Positions 13,777 to 25,408 of a DNA stretch of 64,000 bases are shown here, piece by piece (the stretch's first letter is position 1; each line of letters opens with the position of its first letter). The translations under genes were made by a program, and so were the position numbers. Location: contig WELA01003517.1 in assembly GCA_009602735.1 (NCBI GenBank), forward strand, positions 17,776-81,775, read 5' to 3'. The stretch comes from Mesotaenium endlicherianum. Lineage: Eukaryota. The notes beneath the pieces are model-generated. The model was not told the origin of the DNA, did not search any database, and saw only the letters and a program-made list of their open reading frames with translations.

Positions 13777-14340
13777 CTCCATGTCGCTCACTGCTTCATG
13801 CACCACTGCCTCACCACTCTGAGGCAAGGTACAATCGATGGGAGGAGACTACAGTTGCAGGTCTTACTTTGTCATGCATTTGTGCCGCCCTCTTGCGCGT
13901 GGAGGTTCTACAAAACAGCAGGCTTTTTTTAGGGGGTTGCCCGCTCCAGCTGCACGATAGCAGCTCCCCCTGGAAGAGGCGTTGCTCACAAAAGCAGCGC
14001 AGTGCATACTCGGGGGCAGTGGTGGTCTGTATGTAGACAGACCCCACATTTGCCTCAGGATAGTCCCTCTCAAGTGTGCGAGGGATGTCGGCACATGTAC
14101 GTGCCCAGCACATGTGCATGGAGTTTGAATTCTGATCATATGCACATGACTAGCGGTTGGGCAGGCCGGCGCCGTGAGGCAGTTGTTGACAGCTGAACCG
14201 TACTCCTGTACGTTGCACGGTTGCAGGAACGAGCCCACGAGTATTACACGAGCATGAAGCCCGAAGATTTTGCAGCTATGCAAAAGTTCATTGCCGGCCG
14301 CTCCAAGGGGGCCTCATCGAAGCCGCAGGCCAAATTGTAA
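11478..14340 (+). CDS. Peroxisomal enoyl-CoA hydratase/isomerase (crotonase family, ECHIA-like), 267 aa
   Basis: Exons 11478-11684, 12388-12587, 13229-13511, 14227-14340 (804 nt). Motifs ITINRPNALNAL, ILTGAGRAFCSGVDL, IIGAINGHAITAGFEIALACD, FGIFPSWGLSQKL. Ends ...PQAKL*, a PTS1-type signal. Confidence 0.95.
12159..12256. repeat. Perfect 30-bp inverted repeat with 38-nt loop in intron 1 of the enoyl-CoA hydratase
   Basis: GAATGGAAAGCAGGAAAAGCAACAGGTGTC (12159-12188) is the exact reverse complement of 12227-12256. Confidence 0.9.
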
Positions 14341-14978
14341 GGGCAGGTAGTTGTGGTTATTAAGCTCTTTCTAGCTAGGTCAGAAGGTGAAGGTGAAGGT
14401 GACGGTAGTACTTAGGTCCCAGGGCCCCCACGGTTCACCGCATATTGTCGGCACAAGACAATGTGTATTGTGTGTTATTGAACAAGCACCTGGGCTTCTG
14501 AAAATTTTTCAAAGCAGTGGCCTGGGCACTGCTGCAAAAAATATAAGGCTGTAGTGGAGGCTAATGCTCTGCTTCTGGTGTGGCGCGCCTGCACATGCAT
14601 TTGGTGTAGCCTTGCCTTTCACCGACACAGCTAGCACGAGGCTCATGTCACTGGCATGAAAGCTTGAAAGCGATGCCCAGCTTGCCTGGAGCCCGTAACT
14701 TCGTGGGTCATCCTTCTTGAGGAGGACGTGCGACTAACCTTAAGCTAGTACAAGGTTTACAGCTGTCCTCTTTCATGGCTACGCTCGCTTCACAAGCGAA
14801 GCTTCTTTCGGTCTCAAGTTCGATGACGTGATTCCATTGGCCACTACAAGCTCTTCCACACTTCGCTGTTACGGGAAGCATTCTAAAACTTCTGAGCATT
14901 CTAAAAATGAAGACAAGCCAGCCTGTTCAGTGCGGCGCCTCCCCAACAACCCCAACCGCGCAGCAGCAGCCCTGGGGT

Positions 14979-17900
14979 TTAAGGGGGCGCCCCAGAGCCT
15001 CCGGCAAGTCGGTGCACGTGCAGGGCCACAGCTTGGGCAAGCGCGTCTGCGCTCGCTTGCGACGCCGCCTCCGCATACACGCGCACCACGTCTTCCGTCC
15101 CCGACGGCCGCACGAAGGCTCGGCCCCTCTCGTGCTCAGCTGCGCAGCCGGAGAGGCCGAGGCGGACGCCCGTGTAAACACATCAGTCACATAGCGCTCG
15201 CGCTGCAGCGCATCTCGTGCTGTCGAGGAGGGTGGGGGGCCCAGCGCATGGAAGGAAGCAGGGCGTGAGAGAGGGCGGGAGAGGATGGACTGACCAGCAG
15301 CAGCAGCAATGGCATCCTGCAGCCCAGCGGGAGCCACCACCCGCGTCTCGGCATCCGTCGTCTCTATCTTCGTGCGGTCCGCAACTCGCACCTGTTCAGT
15401 GTCCATCATCACAGCCCATCCATCATCCATCATCCACCATCCACCATCCACCACCGTGCAGCAGGATGTTGACCATCTATCTCACACTCCGCGCGAACGT
15501 ACTCCACGCCTCTGGGCCCAGGGAAAACACGGGGGCTCGCGCGTGGCTTGCCGAGGAGCACACCGCACATATAAAGGCAGATGAAGTGGAGCTCCACCGG
15601 AGTCCAGTCAGTTAGAAGGCACGCCCCTCCCTCGCCAGGGCGCGCGCAAAGTGACACCCAGCGGACAACTACGCACAACTCCTCACACACACACTTGGGG
15701 CCGTGCACAGCTGGCAAAAGACGCGCTTTGTGACCAAGCGCAGCCTGCCGTACCGACCCGAAGAGGTCGAGAGAAACAAAGCATCAACCACAGTGTGCGC
15801 GACCCACGTGTGTGCAACCACCTACGCCTACCTATACCTACGAGTTACACCGACCTACACCTACCCATACCTACTGCTACTACCTATCCACACCTACTAC
15901 CTGAACCTAGCCACGCTGCCTAACCTACCCCACACCTACCTGCAGGACGGGACACAACATGGTCTGCAATGGGCAAAGGAAGGCACGCGGGCATTGGCCG
16001 CGGGCGCAGGGCCAGGCGGGCGTCGGCCGTCGCAAGACCTTGAGCTGGCGGCTGGGGAGGTCGGCGTAGAGGCGGTCCCAGTCGCGCACGCTCCACGCGT
16101 AGTGGCGCAGCACGGCCTCCACCAGCAGCACCCCGCTGAGCGCGTCGCCCACCGCCTGGTTCATCACGCCCGCCAGCGCCGCCAGCCTCTGGATGGCCAC
16201 TCCCTTGGGGTCGCTGCTATTGCCCCCCCCGCTGCCTGAGGAGCCCTATGCCCCCGTGCCCCAGGCATCATGCGTCATGCATCTCGCGCCTTGCACTCGC
16301 CATGGTAGTGAAGGAGAGCGACATGAGGGGCAGGTGTTTTCTTTTTTTCCCTTTCGCTTTTTCGGTTTTGGTCTTGTTCTGTTTCGACGTGTTTTGCTTC
16401 TTCAGGTTTTGATGGAACGCTGTCAAGGGCTCAGATACTGGCCTTTGGCTGAGGGGAGGGGCAAAAGGGAGGGGATGCTCGTGGCGTGAACGCGACAAAA
16501 CTTGGGCTCCGTGTGTGTACCCCAGCAGTGGCTCATCAAGGCTGACCTGTCTCAACCTCAAAAATTTCGAAGGACACAACAATGCATGTTACAGCAACTG
16601 CAATTCTGAGCTCAGCCAAGAGCTCATACGTCTCCGACACGTGCCTTAGGGAAGCGGCAGGGCCTTATATAAAACATGTCTGCAGACCATGCAGGGCCTG
16701 ATTGCCCCTACCGCTGAGCACGTCTCTGAGCACGTGGATGCTTCAGATGGTAGACCCCAAACCCTCCCGCCGGTTTCAGAGAGTTCCTAATTTCACGACA
16801 GCATGCATCACGTGAATCAAGACAGGAAGATAGAGACGCAAGAGACCTGATGCCACCCTCGAGGCACCTGAGCTGTGCTTGCAGCTGGATGCGTTTCCTG
16901 CCCCGTTGGAGATCAACGATGTGCATAACACCTCCCAAGCCATTCTCAGATGGGCCGCAAATTCAAGCAGATATTGACCACACAAGTGTGAGGATGTACT
17001 TTCAGACAGTACCTGACAGCACTACAGCAGGCTACCATAAGAGCATCAGCAGATGGGTCACCAAGAAAACGCCACCAATGCCTCCGCATCACTCCTCAAG
17101 CACCAGCCAATCCCCTCCCTCTCCATTCGCACCCTCACCGCTTTCCAAAACCCACCCCCCCGGGGGCCTCACCTCCGTTGCTCTCTGCCGTCGCCACCTG
17201 GCGCTGCTGCAGCAACCAGGCGTGGAAGTGGTCCCCGAAGAGAACGGTGCCGTGCCCGTTGGCCTCGAAGTAGACGCCCATGTCGTACTCCTCCGCCGCC
17301 AGGTGCAGATGCTTCACGCCCGTCAGCGTGCGCGCCACCTGGACGCCCGGCTGGCGCGCCAGGTACTCCGAGGAGGCCCCGTTGGCGTATGCCGTCTGCA
17401 CCACCCCCACCCGCACCTCCCCATAGCCCTTGATGTGCACCCCCTCCCCCGCCCGGCTCCTGCTGCTCCGTCTGCTCCCGCCGCCCGCCCGCGCCTCCGC
17501 AGCTCCGTCGGGTCTGGCGGTGGCTGTGGCGGTGGTGGTGGCGTTGGAGGAGGAGGAGGAGGAGGAGGAGGAGGTGGAGACGGCTGCCAGAGTGCGCAGC
17601 TGTTCAGCGATGAAGCAGGCGGCCAGCGCGGCAATCTTGTCGCCGTCCAGCAGATGGAACGTGGGGGCCGCCAACGACGCAGACGAGGCCGGGGGCTGCT
17701 CCTCCCCCGCCTCCACTTGCGGGGATGCAGACGCAGGTGGCGGAACGGCTGAGCCTCCTGCCGCCGGCGCTGAGAGGTAAAAGTACACGAGACGGTCCGC
17801 GTCGCCGTCCACACTCACGCACCTGCACGCATTCACGCACGCATGTATACGGGTGGGTGGTCACGCATGCATGGGCACCTCGGGCTGGGCAAGGAGGGCG

Positions 17901-20088
17901 TGGCTCTTGTGAGGCAAAGCTCAACTGTGGAGCCGAGCCAGCTGCTGCAGTGGCAGCAGCAACAGCGGCAGCAGGGGCAGCAGGGGCAGCGGCAGCAGCA
18001 ACAGGGGCAACAGCGGTGCCGCCAGAAGCAACCAGTCTCTCGCATGCATATGGAGGAGGGTAACAACGATTTTGGTCAGAAGATGCGGCAGCTGTGCCGG
18101 AGAGCTGCTCAAGTCTCCGGCAGCATCTATGCCTCCCTGAAGGGCAAGCCCCACTGCGCCGCGCTCACCCTCCTCCCCTCCGCCATTCCCTCACCCCCCC
18201 CCCACCCCCCNNNNNNNNNNNNNNNNNNNNNNNNNNNNNNNNNNNNNCCCCCCACCCCCGGGCTTGGTTTCAAGCCACACTCTTGAACTCCTAGCAGCAA
18301 TTGGCGCCAGCTTGTCCACATAACATCCGGAGAATGGCAACTTCAAGCTGCAGCTCTGACCTCCCAGACCTTTTCACACTTGGCCACTCCCGCAGGTGCA
18401 AGCAAGCAGCCGGCAGGCAGAGGGGGAAGAGACCGGCAGCCTGCAGACAGACAGCCGGCGGCGCAACAGCCCGGGAAGCCAGACAAGAGGGCATCCACAC
18501 ACAAGCTTCCTCTCTGCTTCGCCATTGCAGGTACTGGCTGCCAGCTGGGCAGTGCTACAGGCGCGGCAGAGAGCGAGCTGCGAGACAAAGCGGGCGAGCT
18601 TGCAGGCGTGTGGCCCGACTTACATGCAAGCAGGCAGAGGGCAGGCAAGCGGACGAGCCGCCCAGTGAGTTAGCCAGCGGGCGTACCTGCGGTTGCAGTC
18701 CCGCTGGGGGCTGAAGCCCGCGGGGAGGCGCTGCTCTTTCTGCACAAAGTCAGCGCCCACGCCGTCATTGAGCGCGCCCTCCCCCTCGCGCCCCCGGTTG
18801 CGCACCTCCAGCAGTAGCCCGCTGCCCCTCACGAGCGCGCTCAGCTCCTCCAGCTTCAGGGCCCCCACCCCGTTAGCGCCGTCCGCCAGCAGCGATTCGA
18901 GCGCCGCGCCGTCCGTGTCCTTCTCCATGCTCCCCTGCTTCTGCTCCCGCTCCCGCTCCTGCTGCCCCTGCCGCTGTTGCTGCTGCTGCCCCTCTCGCTC
19001 CTGCTCTTCCTCCCCCTCCTGCAGCTCCACCTGCTCTTGCACCCCCTCCTGCTCCTGCTCCTGCTCCAGCTGCCCCGGCAGTCTCCCTGAAGAGGCGCGG
19101 GGGGCTGCAAGGGCTGGGGCTGCGGCTGCGGCTGGGGCTGGGGGTGGGGGGATGAGGGCGACGAGGCTCTGGAAGGCGGCGGAGAGGGAGGCAAAGTAGT
19201 GCGCGGGGGTGGCGGATGCCGGGTGGCGGTTGGCGGCGCGCACCAGCCAGTGCAGCTGCGGAGTGCTGAGCACGCCGCACTCGCGCACCGCGGCGGCGCC
19301 GCCCACTGCTTGGATGCCCTGCATGCCAGTGCGAGCGGGGCCCTGTCAGTCTCGGCCCCCCCTTGGCTCGCTGCTCTGGAGGGCCTACCCGGCACGCGAG
19401 GAGGGGTTCACTGAGAGGGTGGCTCTGCTCTTCTTGGGTTGAGGAGGTTACGGCGCAGAGGATGCAGCAGACAGAGTCACTGCGGCCCAGCTGGGGCCTC
19501 GGGGCGGCTCTGCCTGCGCGTGTGCGTGTGCGCGTGCATGTGTGTGCATGCATGCCTGAATGCGTGTGTTATGTGTGTGCGTGCTTGTGTTTGCATGTGT
19601 GTGGGTGTGTGTGTGTGTGTGAAAGAGAGAGAGTGTGTATTTGTGTATGTGTGAGAGCGAGAGAGTGAGAGGAAGGGAGAGAGGAAGAGGGGGAGAGGGG
19701 GAAAGAGAGGGCAATGGAACTGCGACGTAAGTTTGAGGGTTGCACGCACCACTTTGACAGCGGCCGCCAGCTCAGCGCCACTTGGCCGCGTGTCATACGC
19801 CAGCAGCACCCGCGCCCTCCCCGCCTGCCTCAGGTCCAGGCCTTCTGCACTCGCTATGTCCCTCACCACCTGTGGGGGAGCCCAGAAGCACGGGGCTGAG
19901 TTAGAAGCACACTCGTTCGTCAGAAGCATGCAGGGCCAACAAGGAAGGAGGGTCCAGACGGCATGACCATGCACCTTGGTGAAGAACGCCCACTCCTTAA
20001 ACCACACACAAACATATATCTACACCCTCTCTGCCTGTTTATGGGCGCTTGTGTGCACGCGCGCACGTGTGTGTGTGTTTGTGTATGC

Positions 20089-20124
<36 letters not shown>

Positions 20125-20422
20125 GTGTGTGAGAGAGAGAGCCTCTACCCCCGCTCCCTGGTCCCAAGCAGCAGGAGTAGTGGACGCTCCCAGCAGACCC
20201 CTAGAAGCACAGGCTAGCCAGGTAACTAGAGGAGCACCACCCATATACGATGAGCTTGTCCACATACTACACGGAGACAGGGTCGGGTATCGTATATCCG
20301 TAAGCATGCGCACGTTCACGTGCTCCCTCTCACCCCGTCCCTCCCCTTCCCCACTCCCTCCTTGTGTGTGTTCAGGGGTGTCAGTTTTTTTGTGTATGTG
20401 CGCGTGTGTGTGTGTGTGTGTA

Positions 20423-20460
<38 letters not shown>

Positions 20461-21723
20461 TGCGCGTGTATGTATGTGTGTGCATGTGGGCGTGCCTGTG
20501 TGTGTGTGTGTGTGTGTGTGCGTGTGTGCGTGTGGGTGTGTGCGTGTGTGCGTGTGGGTGTGTGCGTGTGTGCGTGTGGGTGTGTGCGTGTGTGTGTGTC
20601 TTGCCCACGTGCGCGCAGGCACAACCACAGGCTACAGCCCAAACATGAGGGGAGGGGCGCGACGCCGGCGACGTGCACACCTGGCAGACGTGCGCGGAGC
20701 TCTCGGCGTTGGCCAGCCGGTTGCAGTAGTCCTCCCACGCCACCGCCAGCATGCCGCCCGACGGGTCCGCAATCTTGACCCCGTTGTCGCACACGGGGTT
20801 GTGCGAGGCCGTCACCATGACCCCCGTGGCGGCCCCCTCCCCGAGGGACCTGAGGGCGGCGATAATGCCAGCTCGCATGACGGTCGAGCTCAGAGTGGAG
20901 GCCTCCGCCCGGAACCCCGCGGTGCCGTAGGAGAAGACGACACCTGGCGCAAGGAGGGGCACGGAGTTGGCCCGGGGGGGATGACGTGGCGGGTCATGGA
21001 TGGATGCAACGAGGTCCTGGTGCCAGGAGGGTGGGGTGGGAAGAAGGGGNNNGGGGGGGGGGGCTCCTGCTTTGGGGACGGCAAGCTTGTCTGAAGGGGG
21101 AGGGGTGACTGCTGATCTCTGAAGGGGGGCACTGGTCCCCTTCTCCGCGCCTCTGACGCGGTCTTGAGGGTACATTGCTGAAAGGTACGACACATGGGTA
21201 TGCATATAGATGCATACATTTACATGTAGACAATATCAACATGTCTTTCTTAATACTTTCGGACTTGCTCTCAGAAATGCATCAGGCGGAAGGTGCTGCG
21301 TGCAGCCTTAGCCTTGGGGAACATATCGGACTTCTTGTGCTGCTTTACTGTAACAATGTTGAGTGTCTTCAGCAAAAAAAAAAAAAGGGAATACAACCCC
21401 AGCATTACACGCGGTCTTAAGCTGCAATCGTCGACTCTGATGCTGATATTTTTAGCCTCCTCCTTAGAACTTGACAGGGAGCTGCTTGGTGTGCACAGCC
21501 CGTCAATAGATAGTCTGAGTGTGAGGGTGTGAGGGTAAGTGGACATGGACGTGCCCATCTCAATAAAGTAAGTGCTATTCACAGATAAAGAAGGGACCGA
21601 GCGGGCGACTGGGGACGTGTTTTTTGTTCCCTTCTTCACTCAGCAGAAGGGGACATGTGGAGTACCTTCCGGCTTCTTGAACAGATCAGCTGCTGCATGG
21701 ATCGCTTCTAGCTCTGTCTCCAT
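14979..21723 (-). CDS. PGM3: Phosphoacetylglucosamine mutase (PGM3/AGM1 family), about 725 aa
   Basis: Exons 21723-21666, 20943-20681, 19869-19750, 19318-18687, 17822-17173, 16235-16039, 15391-15295, 15139-14979 (2178 nt, phase-consistent). Motifs YGTAGFR, TASHNP (catalytic Ser), DGDADR (metal binding), [37 protein letters not shown]. Confidence 0.95.
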
Positions 21724-22767
21724 GGTGCTCTCTATCTGACTGCTGGTGCAGAGGATGTGGAGCTGGGGGACACGATGTTGTTTTTTTCTGTTCGAAGGGA
21801 ATGTGCTCCTATGCTGTGGTGGTCGGACAAGAATGTGTTGCCTGTTGGAGAGCTGCACGGAAAATCCCACAGAGCTACATGACTGGACACGATATGCTTG
21901 CTCAAGGAATGGCCTCGAGCTGAAGGTGCGTTTACGGGGGTCAAGTATGCTGTAAGAGCCACGATTTCTTGTTACGTAGGACGTATTCACAAAGACAGCA
22001 CTACTTGAGAGCGGAAGCCAGAAAGTCCGAATGCTTGGAAGCCGGGCATGGCACTGCATTTGTAAAATAGTGCCGGACGCTGGGACTACGACCGTTCCTG
22101 TACGTAGGTTGACCAGGCAGCACCCAAGCTTTAGGTGCATTGAGTCTATGCACTCATGATAAGTGCTTGGCCAATCCTGGATGTAGATGCCTTGACTCTC
22201 GATGTGTTTTAGTTGTTAACGGTCTACTGGAGTCGACTCCATGAAATTGACAGCTAGGTAGCTCCTCTTCGTTCGGGCGTCAACTTGCCTCATTACCTAG
22301 CAGCTGATGTTGCTCAAGTTCAATAACAGCATGCACGTACAGAACAGCATGCACGTACAGAACGTGCGGTTCAGCAGATTCGCGCGGAACATTTGTGGAA
22401 TCTCTGGGAACCCCTCCGGCTGGAGAAGCGTGGAAGGCACGTGTCAAAAAGCAGGACAACAAATCGACACGGCTTGACGAAGAAGCTTTCCCAGAAGGAC
22501 CTGAAGTCCTCAGTGCATGGAAATATATCAACTCACATCTCCTTATTTCCTCATTCCACTTCTCTCGCCCGCGTGCTTCGTTGCCGATTGCTCTCAGCCG
22601 GAGTATGTTGCTCGTGCTCTTGTGACAAGCACTGCCACCTCGTCAAACGTAGTAGTTTGTCGGTACAGCTTTTCTTTGGAGTAGCCTACTTTTTAGGAAG
22701 AGGATCATGTCCTGAGGAATAAGAGTTTATAAATTCAAGGGTTCCTTTCCCTCGTATCTCCTATTCG

Positions 22768-25408
22768 ATGGTGATGAGTTTGCTTCAACATCATAAGTTT
22801 CGCGGGACTCTTGGTGCGCTTCTTTTTGCTCTAGTTTTCTGCTCTGCTTGGACGACTGCATATGGAGCTTGTGGTGACTCGAAAGGGGTCTGCACTGGTA
22901 ATCCAAGGGGAAGCGTGCCTATTTCCTCATCATGTGTGAACGACTGCAGGGTCAGTGACCTTTTCTTTTAGGCTACCTTTCGAATTTTCCAATTGTGTGT
23001 TGTGCGTCCTTATTTGTTGATTAGAGAGCAGTATAGAGTGACTGTTAATGCGCATCATTTGATCCCTTTAAAATGACAGCTGGACTGTGGGCATACTGAG
23101 TGGGTGAGGTTGGAACCAACGTCACGGGTTGAAGGACTGACACTTTGGTGTGTGAACGGTGACATGAGTGCTTCAGCTTCCTGTCTGCTTCCGTTATGGG
23201 TGCTTTGTTTGGTCTGTCTATCTGGATGTGTAATCTGAACGGGTACTTGGCGTGTTTATCTTAAGCTGTGTCTGGTTGGCCAAATCGATGGTTTGAAGAG
23301 CCTTTACTTAACAATAGATACTTGAGACCTCTGAACTTCTGTGCTACAATATCCTAGAGTTGGATGCTACTATAGTCTAGAGCTAGTTGTTACCTGGCAA
23401 GCAGTGTATTAACGCATGCATTTTGGTAGTTGCACATAAAATAAGGATCGTTTGAGTTTTTCAAAGAGAAGGGGTTGACATCTACTTGGTATCTTAATAA
23501 GATGAGCATTGAGTCTGAAATATTTCAGGGCAAGGGTCGAAGATTTGTAGCCATGGGGGGTTCATTGCTGAGGCTAAGGATATCATCCAGGTTAAGAAGT
23601 AGAGAGCTCTTAACCTGTCACGTTTTGCATTCATTGGGAGCAATTGTGCTTTTTGTCTGCATGCTCATCCTGTTTGCTGGGGTGTTATGTGCATATTGCT
23701 TTTTGTTTGGGAGTCAATTTTTGACGCCTTTCAGGAAGTGTATATAAACGTCAGAGCAAGCTGCAAGCCTTTAAATGTGGCATGCTGCAATATATCAATG
23801 CTTTCCTTGCAGTGTGCATCCTCCTTTTTTCCTTCTTTCCTGGTAAAAAGAGCCAGCAGTTGTTTTCTGAATTACATACTTTTTTTGAGAACCTCAGCTT
23901 CTCATGGACTTAGATGCTACCATTTGACTAGGTCGGAGTAACTGTCAAAGTGGGTGAATACGTATGAAACTGCAGCCCATACACCTGGCAACCTTGTCTT
24001 GTAGGATATCTGCTTAAGTTAACTCAAAGCTTGCTTAGAAGTTCAATTGGGTGATTGTGTGAGTGGACCATGCCTGGCTTTGATACAGGTCTAGGCCTGC
24101 TAGCAATTCAGCTGGGAGCTTCAGGTCTTGTGTTGAGTATGACAGAATGTGGAGGCGCATTCCGTATGAATGAAGGCTGAAGCAGTCGTCAAAATTGACG
24201 ACTTTTGAGGTCCTGTTGCTTGCCTCATCTCCTTTTATGGTCGCCTGCCTGTGTTTTCTGATGCAGTACTGTGATAATTACTACTACTGGAGGTGCACTG
24301 ACTTCTCACCTAGATACAGCTCCACAAGTGAGTACCACTTCCCTCCATGTCCTGTTTCCCTTTCATGCCTTGAACAATCTTACTGGGGCCCTCGTAACAA
24401 AATATGTAACTTGCTGGAGAGTCTCGATAAGACGTTTAAGTGCTGCACGCTGGATGTTGAAGTCAGAGGGCATGCGGGATTGTGGTCTGTTGCTTGAGGG
24501 ATGTTCCGGACGTACTTGGTGGATGTCTTACTGATGAAGCAGCAGTCACCTGCTGGCACCGGAGGACAGAATGGAAGCTTTTTATTCTTCGCTTCACTGC
24601 TTCGCTATAATGCAAACAGTTACTTGAACGAGTTGCTTGTAAGACCACGCCTTAAAATTATTGTGAATGATGACTGAAGTGAAAGGCAGTTGTTGTTACG
24701 ATCGTGTCCATTGAAACACCTGTCGATCACTGAAGGCATTTAGATCTCTGTGGTGAAGGGTTAGAGCTCTCAACTGATGAGGTGGCGTGGATCACACAGT
24801 GGATTGGAAAGCCAGTATATGCAGACGTTCAAGCAGTGGAAGGTGTCACCAGCAATAGCGTCTTCTGTCTTTTGCGCCTGACGTTGGCTACAATGCGGCT
24901 ACAAGCATGCAGAATATGTGGTCACTTGCTCATCACTTGCCCAGATGTCAACATTGTCTGTGCGAAGGCTTCTTCATTGCTGACGTATGTATTCTGTTCC
25001 TTGGCGTGATGGGTGTGGTGTCGTTTGGCGATGGCGGGCGATGACGATGCAGGCGTCTACCTTGGCTACAGGTGCTCGCGCTGCACTTGGAAGGTGTCCT
25101 GGTGGGCGTGGCTGCTCGTCTGCCTCGGCACGTTCCTCATCCTCTTTGGAATCTTCTACGCCCTCGCATACATCATCCGCAGGCGCCAGGCGAAGGCGCG
25201 CCAGCAGCTGGTGTACCAGCAGCAGGCGTATGGGGGCGGGCAGGACATGAACTACTACGGACAGCAGCCGCCGCCGTATGGTGGTCAGCCGCCGCCCTAC
25301 TCAGGCCAGGAGCCAGCCTATGGTCAACCTGCTTACCCTCAGCCCAGCGTAGGCCCAGGTCAACCTGTTTATGGTCAACCAGTCCCCCCAGGCACCACAC
25401 AGTCGTAA
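22768..25408 (+). CDS. Uncharacterised small single-pass membrane protein (about 181 aa): signal peptide, Cys-rich ectodomain, TM helix, Pro/Tyr/Gln-rich tail with PPPY motifs
   Basis: Exons 22768-22950, 24267-24292 (26-nt micro-exon YCDNYYYWR) and 25072-25408 join in frame with GT-AG sites. Hydrophobic N-terminus, TM segment WWAWLLVCLGTFLILFGIFYALAYII followed by RRR, then QQPPPYGGQPPPY. Confidence 0.72.
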
